64,000 nucleotides of DNA from IMG/VR virus record IMGVR_UViG_3300029953_000001; one strand, given 5' to 3'. The position numbers and the translations under genes are program-made. The number at the start of each line of letters is the position of its first letter. The stretch's first letter is position 1. Origin of the DNA: a virus. A model generated the notes under the pieces. The model was not told the origin of the DNA. It made no database searches and saw nothing but the letters and a program-made list of their open reading frames with translations. Shown here in pieces: positions 52,837 through 63,500 of the stretch.

Positions 52837-52872
52837 GGAAGCTCTCCTTACTATGGAGTTTAAAGTCCAACT

Positions 52873-55800
52873 TTATTGAATGTAGCCTTTCAGAGTTCCC
52901 CCGTTAAGGGAGCTTCCCTTATGTGCAGTTACCCCCGATGATTCCACCCCGCCTATCGATGGCGGATTTGGCCGTGTGGTGCCATAGTAATCGGTCGTCA
53001 GCCCAGTGTAGATTCCGGTGTATATTGCTGGGCTTATCCCACTGAGGTAGAAACTATTGCCAGAGCCTGCGAACGGGTTGTATACATCAAACGCTGCTTC
53101 TGAAACCCAAGTTTGCGACGGCTCACTCAACATGAGCGGGTCGGCACAGAGGATGTGGTTCGTCCCGCAGGTATCCCCGCTTTGAACGCCGTACTCGATG
53201 TTGTACGAGGACACCATATCAACCGGATTCGTATCATCGAAGTAGTACATATCGGGCGGGTTGCCGGGGTTGAACGGAGACGCCGTGTATGGCGAGGTGT
53301 AGCCGAGAACGATGTTGTTTGTGAAGTTGTACGGCGTCGTCGTGCAGGCTCCGACCGTGTTGCATCCCGGCTCAAAGAAAATAGGCTGATAGCTAACGAA
53401 CGTGTTGTTTGTGAAGTTGACCGTGGCCCCCGCGTCCGCAAAGTAGTCGAACAGCGGACCACCGGCGCGGCAGTAGGTTGAGAGATATGAGCCGGGAAGC
53501 CCAGTCGTGATGTTGAAGTTCTGCGCCGCCCCGGTGAGCTGGACGGACAGCCTCATGCAGTTGCCCATCATCAGGTTGTTGTCGAAGACGAGCGTAGAGT
53601 TTGCGTCCTGCCCCCACTTCCCACTCTGTCCCATGTTGCCAATCCAAACGGAGTCTGTCAGGTTCAGATTGTGGATGAGCGTGTGTGGGCCCATGGCGCC
53701 GTCCTTCACGTTGTAGCCGATGTAGCAATGGTCGCAGGTAAAGGTATTGAGCAGAGAACCTTGCCCAGACCACGCATCGCCAAACCCGCCACTTCCTTGG
53801 TCCCAGCACGACTTCGCCGGATACGCGGTGTTGACGATTGGATACTGCTCCAGGCATCCGTTTCCGACCATGGTCACGTAGTGCTGCGTCAGTGTTGAAC
53901 CAGAAGCGTCTGGAGTCGCGTACCTTTGATAGGTTCCGCTGGTTGTAGCGGAGTCGTTTGCGTGAGTGAGTGGTCCGGTGATGGTTGTTGATGTCGCGCC
54001 CGTGATGATAATGGTCTGAGCGTTGAGGTAGGTGTACGGCGCGGAGAATCCTTCCAGTTGAATGAGGTTTCCTGCAACCAAGGTATTGCTCGCTGTCAGA
54101 GTGATGACGTTACTGGTGATGGAAAATGCAGTGACTGGTTCAGCCCCTCCACCTCCGTCATCGAAGTTCCAGCCAGCGAAGGCATTGAAGTCTACGGAGA
54201 CTCTGTTCAGGGTCGTAGGACCACCCAAGGGTCCACCGATCCCAAGGTTTGTGAAGCCGTGGATGTATAAATCCTGTAGTAGGATATTTGACGTAGCTTG
54301 GTTGATGATGACACCCCAGTTGGCGTAGTCACTTGCTGGTGAGCCGGAGCTACAAGTCGATGGATACTGCTGACCTCCTCCACCAATCGTCGTACACGCA
54401 CCATTGTGTGAGGTAATCTCCAGACCTTCTACATCAACGTATGAGCTACCACTCAAGTACAAGACTGCTCCTACTCCGAATCCTCCGAATAGCTGAGTTT
54501 CGTTACCGGAGAAAGGGTATCCAATCACAGGAGTGCAGTCCCCATCATAGGCACACCCTCCGAAGATTCTAGTAGGTTGCCCCGACGTTCCATTTTTGGG
54601 TGGAGGAATAGAGCACCCGTAGGAGGTTGTAACTCCATGACACAGGCCGTAGGTATTATTTGGATCGACTTGACCGATTCGGCAGGCCGGTGACGCCGGG
54701 TTGACTTCATTCGGCTGGTTAGCGCAGCTACGGATGACGTACGTGTCACCGCCGTTTCCAACCCACGCTTGATTGCCATACCCGCCTGTCGTGTATAGAT
54801 AGGGGGCTTCATTGAATGCACAGTGCTGATTCGGGGTTGAGCCTATAGGCGCTGTGTCCGCCGTACCATCGCAGGTACCGGTGGGGTTGTCCGTAGCATC
54901 ATAGCGAGGTCCACCATTTGATCGTACGAACCATGTCTGGGCTCCGACAAGGGTGTAAACCGCACTCACTACTGAAGAGTTCGTAAGCCCAGATTTAGTA
55001 CCTATAGCCTTCACAGTCTGTGTGGAAGAGACTGTGATCGGAGCAGAGTATGTAGACCCGCTTGAGCAGGTTCCGGGAGTTAATGCTGCGGGGGTTGAAC
55101 CATCAGTCGTGTAGCAGATCGTCGCGCCACTGGTAGAATCGCTGATCGTTACTGTCTGAGTGGATGTGTATGTGCCTGTCCCCGGCGAAAAGGTTGGGTT
55201 GGCGACCGGGGTTCCTACGTCGTCGGCCACATAAGGCGACCCAATTGAGTCGCTTGGATAGATAAACATAGCAGGCATAAGCCCAGAGACGGCGTTGTTT
55301 GACCCCGAGGTGCCCGAGCAGATGGTTGTGCTGGTGGTCACATCGGTGACTATATAACTATTTGGGGATGACCCTACCGTACCCGGCGTGAATTGAAATT
55401 TAATCGTGTGGCCTGACGCCGGTGCGGTCGAGCACCCGCCTAAATCTGCTCTAGAACCGCTACCCGCGACGATGTAGAAGACAGACCCGATATTGGGAAT
55501 GTAAAAATACCCATCGCCGGTTGTGTCGGCTACGCCTAGTCCAGAATATCCGCCCCCAGACCAATTCAAAACTGCCTGACTATAGTAGGGGTTGGTGAAC
55601 GTCAGACTATTGAGTGAAACCATGCAATAGCTGCCGCCCGATGTTACAGCGGTGCCAGAAGATGCTATGCAGGTTGACGGAGCAGTGCTGTCCTGAGTCC
55701 AATGGGAGCCAAGTGTTGAGCCTGTAAAGTTGTCCGTGTAAATCGGACCAGTAGCCCATGTGTACGTGGTCATCGAGAACGGGGGGAGCGTGTCGCCGGA

Positions 55801-58257
55801 CGGATTGCTCAACGTCGTAGGCGTAGGCTGGACGATGGGGGGCGTTCCGCTGCTGATTACAGTGCTCTCATTGTTGTCCGTGATGTTCGTGCTGGTAAAT
55901 ACGGTCTTCGTGACTGTCCCGGTTGGAGCCGCCGCGCCTGCAAAGGTCACCGCCTCGCTGCTGGTCAGGTTCAAGTTGTAGACGATGAGCGAGTAGTTCC
56001 CCGCCCCATCCCCGAATCCAAATGCCTGCACATACGGAACAGCGGGGTTAGCCACGATTTGATACGTGAGCGTCGTCCAGCCGGGATTGGGCTGCGCCGC
56101 TGGTGAACTGTAGGTCGGGGTTCCCGTCTGCGTGACGGCAAGCAGATTCGGCAGCATGGCGGCGTTGACCATATTCAGCGCGATTCCAGACGGCCTGTCC
56201 ACCACGCTTGCATTCGTCGGCCCCGGCATGATGCGATTAAAACCCCACAAGGGAGACTTGAGCGCACTGGAGGTACCGCAGGCTCCCGCCGTGTCGCTGG
56301 TCGCTGTATAAAAGGCGTTGGCGTCTTCCGGCAACGCAAAGGCGTTCTGTACCAGTACACCAGCATCGCGCACGCCGAGCAACATATTGAGCGTTGCATC
56401 CAAGCCTGAACCAATACCAGCTACCACGCCGTTGATGGTGCCTTGGGTGACTCCAGCCAGTCCGCATTGGGTGCCGAGGTTGGTCTCGTAGATCGCTCCC
56501 TGCACGCCGAAGTTTGATTGCGAATAGTGCTGGAGGAAGTAGGTATAGCCTGTGCCGGGAATATTAGACGACACCGAATTATAGTTTGAAAGCTCGGCGA
56601 ACATCGGTCCAAAAATGTTGGCATTGGAACTGGTGTCGGTCATGATGTTGAAGACATATGGAGCGCCGTCAATGTAATCGGGGGCAGAGCCCGAACTGGC
56701 GGCTTGCGTCAAGACGTTCTGGTTCCAGCCGCCGTTATCGTTCGACTCCAACACGAAGCCGGAACCAACCATCTTCATCTTTGAGTTGTAAAAGGACGAA
56801 TCCCTGAAAATCGCCGTATTCTCGCCGAGAAGGGTGCCGTAGACTAAGCCCTGATTCGCATACAGGTTCTGCCCGTTCGGGCCATTCCAAATCTCATTAC
56901 CCATCTCCAGATAGATGTGGTTAAAAACCGAAGTCCATGGGGTAATCTGCCCCGAGTTGCAACGGATAGTAGTGTAAGCATTGCCATTGCCGCACGTGCC
57001 TGACAGATATGCCTCAAGACTCTGCACGTCATAAGGGGTTGCGTAGGCGGAGAATGTTATCCACGGGTCAGCACCAATTGCAGACGCCAGTTGTAGTTGC
57101 TCTGGCCATCCAATGTCGATGATCCCGCCGTACTGACCAAAAGTACTCGCTGCGCACATCGCACGCGACTCGTAGGGAAGCATGACATTCTCGACTGTGC
57201 ATCCCCAGATGCCTCCCGTCATCAGACGTAGAATCCCCGGCTTCAACGCTAGAAGCCGCTGGTAGACGGCGTTGCGGAACGGTGTTGTGTTGCCACCGGT
57301 GGGTGCTTCGGTGAGCGCCACGTCCTGCACAATGACTGTGCCGCTGGCGACCGTGAGTTGGACGTTGATTCCTTCGGTTACTTGAGAGCCTGTCTCAGAC
57401 GCTGTGAAGGTCTCGGTGTAGTTCGTCCACCCGGCTCCGGCAGTTGCATTAACTGTGGGAGTCACTGTCCCAGTGGTGAAATATGTACCGCCAATTCGGT
57501 TTACCTGATACGAAATCGTCGGGGTTCCTGTGGTGCCCTTGGCACGGAAGCTCAGCGTATACGACCCATTCAGGTTGATCCACACGTTACCAAGGGCAGG
57601 CTGATCGGCCTGCATGGTCAGCGTATTTGGCGCGACCATATGGAGAGCCTGCGGGGCGGTAGAAGATGGCGACAGGTCTGTGGTCTCGAAAGAGCCGTTG
57701 GCTGTGCTGCTCAAGCCAAAGTAACCCGCTGAACTCGCCGCCGTCGATGTATACCCACCGGCGCAGGTGCTGAGAGCCGACGTACACCGCACGATCATCA
57801 AATCGCCGTTCGAGCATCCTGTTCCCCATGTGCCATGGAGAGTCTGCCCGTTGGACCCGGAGGCTGCGTCGCTTGACGTGATCGTTCCTGTCTCACCCGT
57901 GTCTGCGCCGTAAACAACCTGAAAAGTAGCTCCCTGCCAGAAGTTCGCAGGCTGTGGGGAGTACTGGTTCTGGTCAACCCATGTCGATGTGGTTCCCGAA
58001 AGGCAGGTTGTTGCCATGTTCCACATCTGCGGGTTAAAAGAACCACCCGCAGCGGCCAGCAGATTTGCCGACATCTGACCGTTGAGATAGAGCGCGCCAT
58101 CGTCAAGATTGACGCCAAAGACGTGCCCATTTGGACCTGTTGGCAGGACGGATTGGATACCGCCGCCCGACGCCACGGGAATCGTGATCGTCGTCTGGGC
58201 AAAAAGAGCCCCTGAAAACAATAAAACCAAAAATAGAACTAGGTTTTTACTTAGCAT
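52873..58257 (-). CDS. Giant (1794 aa) signal-peptide-bearing Ser/Thr/Gly/Asn-rich protein with predicted right-handed beta-helix (pectate-lyase-like) repeats; candidate tailspike/depolymerase or adhesin
   Basis: N-terminus MLSKNLVLFLVLLFSGALFAQTT; repetitive G/N/T/S beta-helix-like segments (e.g. NNLMMGNCMRLS, HNLNLTDSVWIGNMG). Confidence 0.65.
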   Translation of the reverse strand: MLSKNLVLFLVLLFSGALFAQTTITIPVASGGGIQSVLPTGPNGHVFGVNLDDGALYLNGQMSANLLAAAGGSFNPQMWNMATTCLSGTTSTWVDQNQYSPQPANFWQGATFQVVYGADTGETGTITSSDAASGSNGQTLHGTWGTGCSNGDLMIVRCTSALSTCAGGYTSTAASSAGYFGLSSTANGSFETTDLSPSSTAPQALHMVAPNTLTMQADQPALGNVWINLNGSYTLSFRAKGTTGTPTISYQVNRIGGTYFTTGTVTPTVNATAGAGWTNYTETFTASETGSQVTEGINVQLTVASGTVIVQDVALTEAPTGGNTTPFRNAVYQRLLALKPGILRLMTGGIWGCTVENVMLPYESRAMCAASTFGQYGGIIDIGWPEQLQLASAIGADPWITFSAYATPYDVQSLEAYLSGTCGNGNAYTTIRCNSGQITPWTSVFNHIYLEMGNEIWNGPNGQNLYANQGLVYGTLLGENTAIFRDSSFYNSKMKMVGSGFVLESNDNGGWNQNVLTQAASSGSAPDYIDGAPYVFNIMTDTSSNANIFGPMFAELSNYNSVSSNIPGTGYTYFLQHYSQSNFGVQGAIYETNLGTQCGLAGVTQGTINGVVAGIGSGLDATLNMLLGVRDAGVLVQNAFALPEDANAFYTATSDTAGACGTSSALKSPLWGFNRIMPGPTNASVVDRPSGIALNMVNAAMLPNLLAVTQTGTPTYSSPAAQPNPGWTTLTYQIVANPAVPYVQAFGFGDGAGNYSLIVYNLNLTSSEAVTFAGAAAPTGTVTKTVFTSTNITDNNESTVISSGTPPIVQPTPTTLSNPSGDTLPPFSMTTYTWATGPIYTDNFTGSTLGSHWTQDSTAPSTCIASSGTAVTSGGSYCMVSLNSLTFTNPYYSQAVLNWSGGGYSGLGVADTTGDGYFYIPNIGSVFYIVAGSGSRADLGGCSTAPASGHTIKFQFTPGTVGSSPNSYIVTDVTTSTTICSGTSGSNNAVSGLMPAMFIYPSDSIGSPYVADDVGTPVANPTFSPGTGTYTSTQTVTISDSTSGATICYTTDGSTPAALTPGTCSSGSTYSAPITVSSTQTVKAIGTKSGLTNSSVVSAVYTLVGAQTWFVRSNGGPRYDATDNPTGTCDGTADTAPIGSTPNQHCAFNEAPYLYTTGGYGNQAWVGNGGDTYVIRSCANQPNEVNPASPACRIGQVDPNNTYGLCHGVTTSYGCSIPPPKNGTSGQPTRIFGGCAYDGDCTPVIGYPFSGNETQLFGGFGVGAVLYLSGSSYVDVEGLEITSHNGACTTIGGGGQQYPSTCSSGSPASDYANWGVIINQATSNILLQDLYIHGFTNLGIGGPLGGPTTLNRVSVDFNAFAGWNFDDGGGGAEPVTAFSITSNVITLTASNTLVAGNLIQLEGFSAPYTYLNAQTIIITGATSTTITGPLTHANDSATTSGTYQRYATPDASGSTLTQHYVTMVGNGCLEQYPIVNTAYPAKSCWDQGSGGFGDAWSGQGSLLNTFTCDHCYIGYNVKDGAMGPHTLIHNLNLTDSVWIGNMGQSGKWGQDANSTLVFDNNLMMGNCMRLSVQLTGAAQNFNITTGLPGSYLSTYCRAGGPLFDYFADAGATVNFTNNTFVSYQPIFFEPGCNTVGACTTTPYNFTNNIVLGYTSPYTASPFNPGNPPDMYYFDDTNPVDMVSSYNIEYGVQSGDTCGTNHILCADPLMLSEPSQTWVSEAAFDVYNPFAGSGNSFYLSGISPAIYTGIYTGLTTDYYGTTRPNPPSIGGVESSGVTAHKGSSLNGGTLKGYIQ

Positions 58258-58591
58258 TGGTTACCCGAACTCCTGAAAGACCGTGTTGAACGGCGGGGAT
58301 TATTATGGTTTTACCGTCCACTTTTACTCTCTGTTCATTACCAGTTTGCCTAATTTGCACGTAGGTTCCCGTTCCCGTAGCACAGGTTGAAGGCGACCCT
58401 GTGAGCGTTACCGAGTCAGCACAGGTACCAATTTTATGATGTGCCCCGTGTGGTAGAACTATCTTATTCAGCTTCGTGTCCCCTACTATAACGTAGAGGG
58501 GGGTGAATACGATGGTCTGAGCCATCGCGGGGAGGCAGAATAGGAACAGTAGTAATCGAATATTCTTCACTGGTCGTGCTCCTTCTTCCAA
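58247..58591 (-). CDS. Small secreted protein with signal peptide (114 aa)
   Basis: LLLFLFCLPAMAQT signal-like N-terminus. Confidence 0.4.
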   Translation of the reverse strand: MEEGARPVKNIRLLLFLFCLPAMAQTIVFTPLYVIVGDTKLNKIVLPHGAHHKIGTCADSVTLTGSPSTCATGTGTYVQIRQTGNEQRVKVDGKTIIIPAVQHGLSGVRVTNAK

Positions 58592-58773
58592 TTAATACCC
58601 GCGTCCCAGAATAAGACTGCGAAAGCACGCATCTTTTCTTCCCCTGCAATTACCGGGAGCGAATCGGCGACAGGAGAAATGTGTCGCGACTTCCACCGCT
58701 CCCACTGCTTGTTGAAATGTAACCTGCTGTTGAACTGCAATCTGCTCTGCTGTTCATCCATGCCATACCCCTC

Positions 58774-61700
58774 TTAGTTAGCCTGTGTAAGAGTACAGTC
58801 CACCGTGTACCCACCGACAGTACCCGATGTTGATACAGCATAGGTGAAGTTATTAGTCGCGAACGTTGCTACGGTGGATACCTGAATCGGTGATCCGTTG
58901 AGGTTCGGGTGCCCTGTCGTCGTGTTTAGCGCCGGGTAGGAGTAGGACTGCGCATTTCCGGCTGGGTCTGTATACCCAAGGGTAACTGTCGCTGTACCAG
59001 CCCAAGCTGTGGTAACCCAAAGAGAACAACCGTAATACCATGGCCCACTCTGGTTCTGCGAATCGTTGAACAAGGTAGTTGTGCCTATTGGACCTGTAGC
59101 AGCTATCTGACCTGTGTCGGCACGGTCTGCTGATGTCCCGACGCCAACCGTTGGGAATCCTTCCAGATTGTTGATTGCGCCCGGTATACCCAAGTGTCCA
59201 TATAGGTCGAAGTGGAAGGAATACCCGTTAGGCAGCTTAATGTCGAGAGGGTCACCCAACTGTCCGGGACCAGAAAGAATTCGTACGGCGGTGTTCCCAG
59301 TTCCAGACGTTGTATCCTGTATGTCCAAAGTATCTGTTGGCACAAATGTAGTTGGACCAATTCCAAGGGAGCCTGCGTTAGTGTATAGGTTGCTTACACT
59401 ACCGCCTGCCGCAGCGCAAGCCCCGTCGCCGCGTAGGAAGGTTGACGATGAGCAGGAACCAGACCACAACCCGTACACGTCAGCCGCTACCGCATCCGAG
59501 ATTGCTCCGGTCGTAGTCGTGTTCTTGACGATACCTGTAGCCAGAGTAGCCCAATTCTGGTTGCTCGTTCCGAGTGTGAGAGTTGCTGTGTTAGCTACCC
59601 CCGAGCCGCCCTGAGCAGGACTCCATATGCTTGTCTCACCCGCCGCACCCACATCCCACGTTACCTTTCCGGTTGAAATTGGAACATACATATAGAACTG
59701 ACCCACCGTCGGAGTACCTGACCCCGTAGCCTCGTTCAGCCCTAAACACCCGCCCGTGATTGTAGAGCATCCCGTAGGAGGAGAGACCCCTGATGAGAGG
59801 GAACCGGTGGCCGTGAGAGCTACAAACGTTGCGTCGCCACTGGCATCGATCTGCGCCGGGCATGTCCCAACTACAGTGGTGCTCGACCCGGAGCATCCGA
59901 ATCCTGCGATGCCATGCACTGACAGTGGGTACGGAACGGCATTTCCAGCCGTCCAGTTCAGCCCTACGTTGCCAACGTGGGCAGGCCACAGGCTGTAAGG
60001 GTTGTAACTATCAATCCAGACCATTCCGGTATTGGGTCCGTTCTCGCCTCTTAGCGCGACGCCACCGGCAAAGGAATTTACCGAAGGGTAGCCAAAACCG
60101 CTTGCGTACAAGTCGATTCGGTCTGAAGTTGAACCAATGCTGGCGAAAGACTCTCCGCTCATAAGCAGATGTCCGGCTGTGCTGCTATTGCCGAAAACAC
60201 CATCCAGCGGCGCAAATGGAGCGTTCGCTGAAATCACACCACCTTGCGTCACTCCATAATCGAGATAGCTACTGTTACAAAATGTTCCACCTGAGAAGCA
60301 AGCCGAGTTACCGTTAAACAACCACTGGCCACTTGTGTTGCTGCTGATTGTATTTCCAGCAGGGTCTTTGAACTCCGTCATACTGGTTTGTCCGGTAGCC
60401 CAGTTGTTCCACTGAAAGGCAATACCATATGGAGATAAATTACTGATGAAGTCGGACCCAAACAGTCCAGATGTCGATCCTCCAAATCCCTCAGTTCCAG
60501 CACTCATAAAGGTTGGAGGAGCGGCTCCTTTTAGCGAACCGTCAGCGTTTAGGTAAAAACTCTCATCGTTTGCATTTTCGATATCAATAGCACCACCGTT
60601 ACTAGCAGTCGCTCCGAGACCAGATTCCTGAAAAAAGAACCCTTGGCATCCGGCTTCACCAGCAGTAAGGCACCGATTTGTCCCTTGTATGAATGCGGTG
60701 CCTTGTTCATCGAAGTTAGTGTCAGAGACTACCTCTGCTGACCACGTCCCACCGTTAGGTCCTAGCTGAAAAGTAGACGGAGGAGTTCCTGACCCAGACT
60801 TCACAATTCTTGCGGCAGGATAAAGGGTGACGTTCGATGGCGTTGTTCCCCGGTTGGCAAAGGTACAGGTTCCCCACGTTGTGTGTCCATTCAGAGAGCT
60901 ATTCCAAGCTGGGAAAGTGCTGCCAGAGGTGCAAGATGAGGTAGTAATATTTTGCTGATCGTTCACACCATCAAACACGTAGGTGTTTGTGTAGTTGTAC
61001 ACAAATGACGTAGTAGCAGGTAGAGACACTTGCATTTGTTCAGAGTATTGTTGCGGAAGTTGAAATGGGTTGACCGACGAAGTACCTTCAGTCATATAGA
61101 TAAGGTTTGTCCCATCAAGAGAATCTGTCGCCCAGTACCCCGTACGCAAGTTGTAAGGCGAGGCAAGGTCGGCTGCTGATGTTAGGTTGTGAAGATGGCT
61201 TTTCAGGACGACGACACTGACGTTCGGACGAGTAATTGGCAACGTGATTGTCTGAGTCGGAGCCGAGCCGGATACACCTGTGATTTTGGACTCTTCAAGA
61301 AACTGATTACCAATTACTGCAACGGAGTCTCCTATGCTAAAAGTACCTGACCCTCCTTGCATGGCGATGGATGTGGACACAGGAGCATCTGGCGTTGTGT
61401 TAGGCTCCAGATTCACGTTAATTGCGCATCCACCAACTGAAGTGGTGGGAAGACCACCAGAAGTCGCCATCTGGTACATCCAATAAAGGGCTGCTGTATT
61501 GCATGGTGCAGACCACGCAGTGAATCCCGTCGAATATCCTCGCAACTGAGTAGTAACAATTGGTGCAGTAGTTTCCACAAGCTGTGATCCCGCCGAAGGC
61601 CAGCACTGCTGAGGAATACCGGGTCCACCACAATTATGTGCCGAGAAGGTTATGTTCGGTGCTGAGTAGGTTCCAACGGTAGGTGAGTCGGGGACTGCTT

Positions 61701-62553
61701 CACCACCCAATTCGTGAAATGCGACATTGCCTTCGTCACTGGAATAAGCCCTTCCAGCTTGCGATGCATTGTAGAGATATATCCCTCCGGTATCACCTAC
61801 ACTAGGGGCAAAGTGCCAGATAGTCAAAGCCTGCTTTGTCGAAGCCGCCGACATATTGTCATAAATTTGAACCGTGGTGGCAGACGTTCCTTCTGCGGCT
61901 AATAGCCCATTCGATAAAGAGTAAGGTCCATACGAGGTCATATTAAATGTATGACCTGATGTCCCATTTGTGAGTGGAGGTTGCAAGGTGTAGTTTTCCT
62001 CAAAAGCGGACAGACCTCCGTAGATCGCCCCCGGTTGAGTGAAGAATGACGCATTGGGTGCTGTGAGATTCTGAGTCGAGGTGCCCAGCGTCTGTGTAAC
62101 CTGCGTAATACCCGCCGTGCTTTCGTTGATGTGTGAGGGACCACCAATAGTGTTAGCATTAGTTGCCAGACCTACATAATTGGGGGTTTGACCTACGACC
62201 GAGCCACTGCCCCCACTCCCGCTACAGGAGAGCACTCCCGCTGAAACCGTGCAGGAAGTTCCGTCTGGCTTCATAAGTCCAAGGGTTGAGTTAGTTGCGA
62301 CTGGAGCATTGGAGGACAGTGCATCCCAATAGGAGGATAGAGATGCCGGAGTGTGCCCCGAGTTATTGGCGACCTTGGAGATGTAAGTCAACCCACCATA
62401 GGTAACCATGTCGTTGACGTTATAGGATATTGAGCCACTCCACGCCCCCAGATATACTACCAGCGTACGTGTAATTTGGGCGGAAAGGGGGGTGGGGGCG
62501 GCTACACCCAGTCCAACAGCCATCGCCAATATTACCAACAAAAGTCGCTTCAT
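58774..62553 (-). CDS. Giant (1259 aa) signal-peptide protein with N-terminal CBM5/12-like carbohydrate-binding module and Ser/Thr/Gly-rich beta-rich body; candidate fibre/adhesin
   Basis: MKRLLLVILAMAVGLGVAAPTPLSAQ; W..G..YNVNDMVTYGGLTYISKVANNSGHTP....YWDAL resembles CBM5/12 (W..G..Y..GD.V.Y.G..Y.......G..P....W). Confidence 0.65.
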   Translation of the reverse strand: MKRLLLVILAMAVGLGVAAPTPLSAQITRTLVVYLGAWSGSISYNVNDMVTYGGLTYISKVANNSGHTPASLSSYWDALSSNAPVATNSTLGLMKPDGTSCTVSAGVLSCSGSGGSGSVVGQTPNYVGLATNANTIGGPSHINESTAGITQVTQTLGTSTQNLTAPNASFFTQPGAIYGGLSAFEENYTLQPPLTNGTSGHTFNMTSYGPYSLSNGLLAAEGTSATTVQIYDNMSAASTKQALTIWHFAPSVGDTGGIYLYNASQAGRAYSSDEGNVAFHELGGEAVPDSPTVGTYSAPNITFSAHNCGGPGIPQQCWPSAGSQLVETTAPIVTTQLRGYSTGFTAWSAPCNTAALYWMYQMATSGGLPTTSVGGCAINVNLEPNTTPDAPVSTSIAMQGGSGTFSIGDSVAVIGNQFLEESKITGVSGSAPTQTITLPITRPNVSVVVLKSHLHNLTSAADLASPYNLRTGYWATDSLDGTNLIYMTEGTSSVNPFQLPQQYSEQMQVSLPATTSFVYNYTNTYVFDGVNDQQNITTSSCTSGSTFPAWNSSLNGHTTWGTCTFANRGTTPSNVTLYPAARIVKSGSGTPPSTFQLGPNGGTWSAEVVSDTNFDEQGTAFIQGTNRCLTAGEAGCQGFFFQESGLGATASNGGAIDIENANDESFYLNADGSLKGAAPPTFMSAGTEGFGGSTSGLFGSDFISNLSPYGIAFQWNNWATGQTSMTEFKDPAGNTISSNTSGQWLFNGNSACFSGGTFCNSSYLDYGVTQGGVISANAPFAPLDGVFGNSSTAGHLLMSGESFASIGSTSDRIDLYASGFGYPSVNSFAGGVALRGENGPNTGMVWIDSYNPYSLWPAHVGNVGLNWTAGNAVPYPLSVHGIAGFGCSGSSTTVVGTCPAQIDASGDATFVALTATGSLSSGVSPPTGCSTITGGCLGLNEATGSGTPTVGQFYMYVPISTGKVTWDVGAAGETSIWSPAQGGSGVANTATLTLGTSNQNWATLATGIVKNTTTTGAISDAVAADVYGLWSGSCSSSTFLRGDGACAAAGGSVSNLYTNAGSLGIGPTTFVPTDTLDIQDTTSGTGNTAVRILSGPGQLGDPLDIKLPNGYSFHFDLYGHLGIPGAINNLEGFPTVGVGTSADRADTGQIAATGPIGTTTLFNDSQNQSGPWYYGCSLWVTTAWAGTATVTLGYTDPAGNAQSYSYPALNTTTGHPNLNGSPIQVSTVATFATNNFTYAVSTSGTVGGYTVDCTLTQAN

Positions 62554-62603
62554 TTGTCCTCCATCTTGTATATAAGAATCTCGTAGTCTGTTTTTATCTT
62601 TGA

Positions 62604-63500
62604 CTACAAAGAGATGAGGTCAAAGGCACCATTGGTGATATAAAGCTTATAGGGGAGATTGGTTTCAATGTCAGTAAACGGCAGGTAGGGAACCCCCACT
62701 CCACTCAGCACTGGGATAAACTCCAATGCACCACTCGTGACTTGAAGCTGGTACAAGCTGCTCGTAACCGAGTCAATCAGTATCACCTCACTCACGCCTG
62801 CTGCCACTACAACAGGGATGACAGTCACTGCTCCATCTGCAACTACAACGTTATAGGCACCCTCTGTAACGGTATCCACAAATGTGAATACAAGCACCGT
62901 AACTTGAGCCGTTGTAGTAAGTGCGAGGTGCCCCACCACGTCATAGGCGTCCAACGTAAAGAGAGTTGTTGTAGACACTCCTTCTGGAAAGAACACACTC
63001 CCAACGCCCCCTGTATCGATGAGCCCAGAGTCATACCCCGTCGCCGTTATTCTAATTTGAACAATACCCGTGGTCTCCCAGATAAGGGTGAGGGGGACGT
63101 AAAGGGCTGTGACCGAGTTAGGGATAGCTCTAAGGATTGCAGTTGGGGTGGGGTTTGTTCCTACGTCTCCTGCGCTACTGTACCCTGCTATCAAAGCGAA
63201 GCTGGGTAACCCCCTCACCCCTGAGTCTATAAAGAAGGGTCTGGGCATGTGGTGTATGGCTTGAATCACTCCCTGTAGGTTGATTGAAGTGTCCATATAG
63301 AGCAGGTACCTATTATTTTCGACATCGAACGCGAATGTACGTACCGGGGTGAGGTACCCATCCACATACACTTCAAGGTCGCGGCGAGGGTCGAACTCCC
63401 CTAGAGGTCCTTCCTGCACAAATGGACCGAGGTAGTCATTCAGAATCCACTGGATGCGGTCAGGGTAGGGGGTATTGGTTTCAAAACTAAACATCGTCAT
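62604..63500 (-). CDS. Hypothetical beta-rich protein (298 aa), probably part of fibre module
   Basis: ORF; Val/Thr/Gly-rich composition. Confidence 0.5.
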   Translation of the reverse strand: MTMFSFETNTPYPDRIQWILNDYLGPFVQEGPLGEFDPRRDLEVYVDGYLTPVRTFAFDVENNRYLLYMDTSINLQGVIQAIHHMPRPFFIDSGVRGLPSFALIAGYSSAGDVGTNPTPTAILRAIPNSVTALYVPLTLIWETTGIVQIRITATGYDSGLIDTGGVGSVFFPEGVSTTTLFTLDAYDVVGHLALTTTAQVTVLVFTFVDTVTEGAYNVVVADGAVTVIPVVVAAGVSEVILIDSVTSSLYQLQVTSGALEFIPVLSGVGVPYLPFTDIETNLPYKLYITNGAFDLISL

